Assembly (NCBI RefSeq): GCF_963921235.1
Contig: NC_086109.1
Coordinates: 15,254,001 to 15,318,000, forward strand
Direction: 5' to 3'
Length of the DNA: 64,000 bases
DNA from: Mobula hypostoma
Lineage: Eukaryota
Shown here: positions 62,191-64,000 of the stretch, in pieces
Layout: each line of letters begins with the position of its first letter
How positions within the stretch are numbered: position 1 is the first letter of the stretch
Notes under the pieces: model-generated
The model's database searches: none
Seen by the model: the letters and a program-made list of their open reading frames with translations, nothing else
What the model was told of the DNA's origin: nothing
Position numbers and translations under genes: made by a program

Positions 62191-63049
62191 TTAATAATAA
62201 CAGTAACTTTATTATTATTTCATGAACCTATCACTTGTTTACATCACGTATTGCTCAAGTAATCATCACTCACTCAGATAACCACAATATACTTACAGAA
62301 AAGCAGAAAGGATACCGTAGTGGAAATCTTTCATGTTGTTCTATTGACTACTAAAAACAATTTTATTTTCTCCCAATATCATGGTTAATAGAAGTACTTA
62401 ATATGTATAAACTACACCCAATACTTGTGAAATTCCTGCAACTTCTGATGAAGCATTGGTTTCAATAGGTACAGAGAAATGTATATAATATACATCCTGA
62501 AATTCTTTTTCTTCACAAACATCCATGAAAACAGAGGAGAGCCTCAAAGGATGAATGACAGTTAAATGTTAGAAACCCAAGGCCCCCCCAGCTCCCCCCA
62601 CCCCTCTACCCATGCATAAGCAGCAGTAAAGCAATGACCCCCTTCCCCCACCAGCAAAAAAGCATCAGCACCCCCACCGAGCACTCAAATGTGCAGCAAA
62701 GCATCAATAAAGACACCGACTTGCAGTTACCCCAAAGACTACTCATTCACCCAGTATTCGACATACCACAGGCTCTCTCTCTCTCTCCCTAATAAGGGAA
62801 AAAGAGGTGTCCCCGTTTCACAGCAAGAAGGGAGATGTAACAAAACAACTCGCTGATTTATGTGTTAAAAGTCTGTTGTGTCACTTTTTCTGAGGTCTGT
62901 GCCCAAAGAACTCAGGTCTCTGGACACATTGTACTGTAATCACTCTATCTATTAACAACCAAAAAAGAGCAACACCGTTATTAAAATAAACCGAGACATT
63001 TTTTTCGGGGTGACTCTCCGAGCCGATTATGGTTTTGTCTCATTTTAAA

Positions 63050-64000
63050 CCCACTTCTAAATTACTGAATTGGAAAAAAATAGTGTAGCAAATGAGAAAC
63101 AACCAAGCAAATTATACCTTGACACACTTTCTATACATGGATGATTTGAAATTACATGCTCCTTCATCGATAAAGCTAAAGCAATTAATTTAAATAGTAG
63201 AACTATTTCTGAAAGATATAAACATGAACTTTGAACTAGAGAAGTGCAGAACATTAAACATCTAGAAAGATGCAATAGAGCTAGTAGAATATAAAACAGA
63301 GTGGCGGGATAAAATACAACTGATGGATGAATATGAAACATGTAAGTATTTTAGATTTTCAACAAGCAAAGAAAATAGATCATAGTCCAATAAAAGGAAA
63401 ACTTTTGACAGAATTTACTTCAAGGCTTAAGAAAATCTGCCAAACAGAACCCAACAGTAAAAATAGAGCAAAGGCAATAAACACTTTTGCTGCACCCGTA
63501 CTAATGTATTCTTTTGGCCTAATATCTTGGTCTGAAACTAATCTGGAAAATTTACAAAGAAAAATAAGAACAGAAATGACTAATTTTAGAGAACACTATG
63601 TACACTTGAACACACTTAGAGTAACACTACCTAGGACAGAAGGAAGAAGAGGGATAAAAGACATAAAAAGATTATGCAACAGTCAGATAAAAATCCTAAG
63701 GATAGATTTTCATCAATGAAAACAGGATTCAGCACTCCATGTGAGTATTTGCAATTCTGATAAAGAAGTACACACCATTTAACTTAAATGAGATCACAAC
63801 ACAGAAATGCGAATAAATTATCACTATAGAAGAAAAAGTCAACCAATGGAAGAGCATGACCTTCCATGGAAGACATCCCCATGATCTGAGCAGACTAGAT
63901 GTTGAACATGAAGCGAGGAAATCCTGGCTCAGAGTCGGAAACGTCTTCCTTTTGGCAATACAGGAACAGGTGGTTAACAGCAAAAATGATTACAAATATG
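63050..64000 (+). mobile_element. Second R4/Dong-like copy, runs off the window
   Basis: THFLYMDDLKL RT motif (~63122-63154); AINTFAAPVLMYSFGLISW..RVTLPRTEGRRGI. Confidence 0.85.

Overview
Eukaryotic, repeat-saturated vertebrate DNA. The repeat families suggest a cartilaginous fish, probably a ray (inference). I found no convincing host protein-coding exon, so the window is probably intronic or intergenic. Nearly all listed ORFs are decayed transposon fragments or their antisense shadows. The window is a nested stack of: CR1 LINEs (one near-complete but disabled ORF2 at ~28.4-31.5 kb); many Rex1/Babar LINE 3' fragments and non-autonomous derivatives; tRNA-derived SINEs; RTE-related non-autonomous elements; a dead Charlie/Buster hAT transposase; four ~80-bp hAT MITEs; Tc1-like remnants; four solo-LTR-like elements (one nested in another); and rarer LINE clades (two R4/Dong-like copies, a Hero-like fragment and an I/Nimb-like fragment). 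The most interesting signal is a family of Penelope-like terminal-repeat remnants carrying minimal type I hammerhead ribozyme motifs, with an intact core at 58951-58986. Several are arranged as fold-back inserts with target-site duplications (TSDs). Short unique islands rich in homeodomain-type motifs may be conserved enhancers. Family names come from motif recognition only, not database searches, and many boundaries are approximate.
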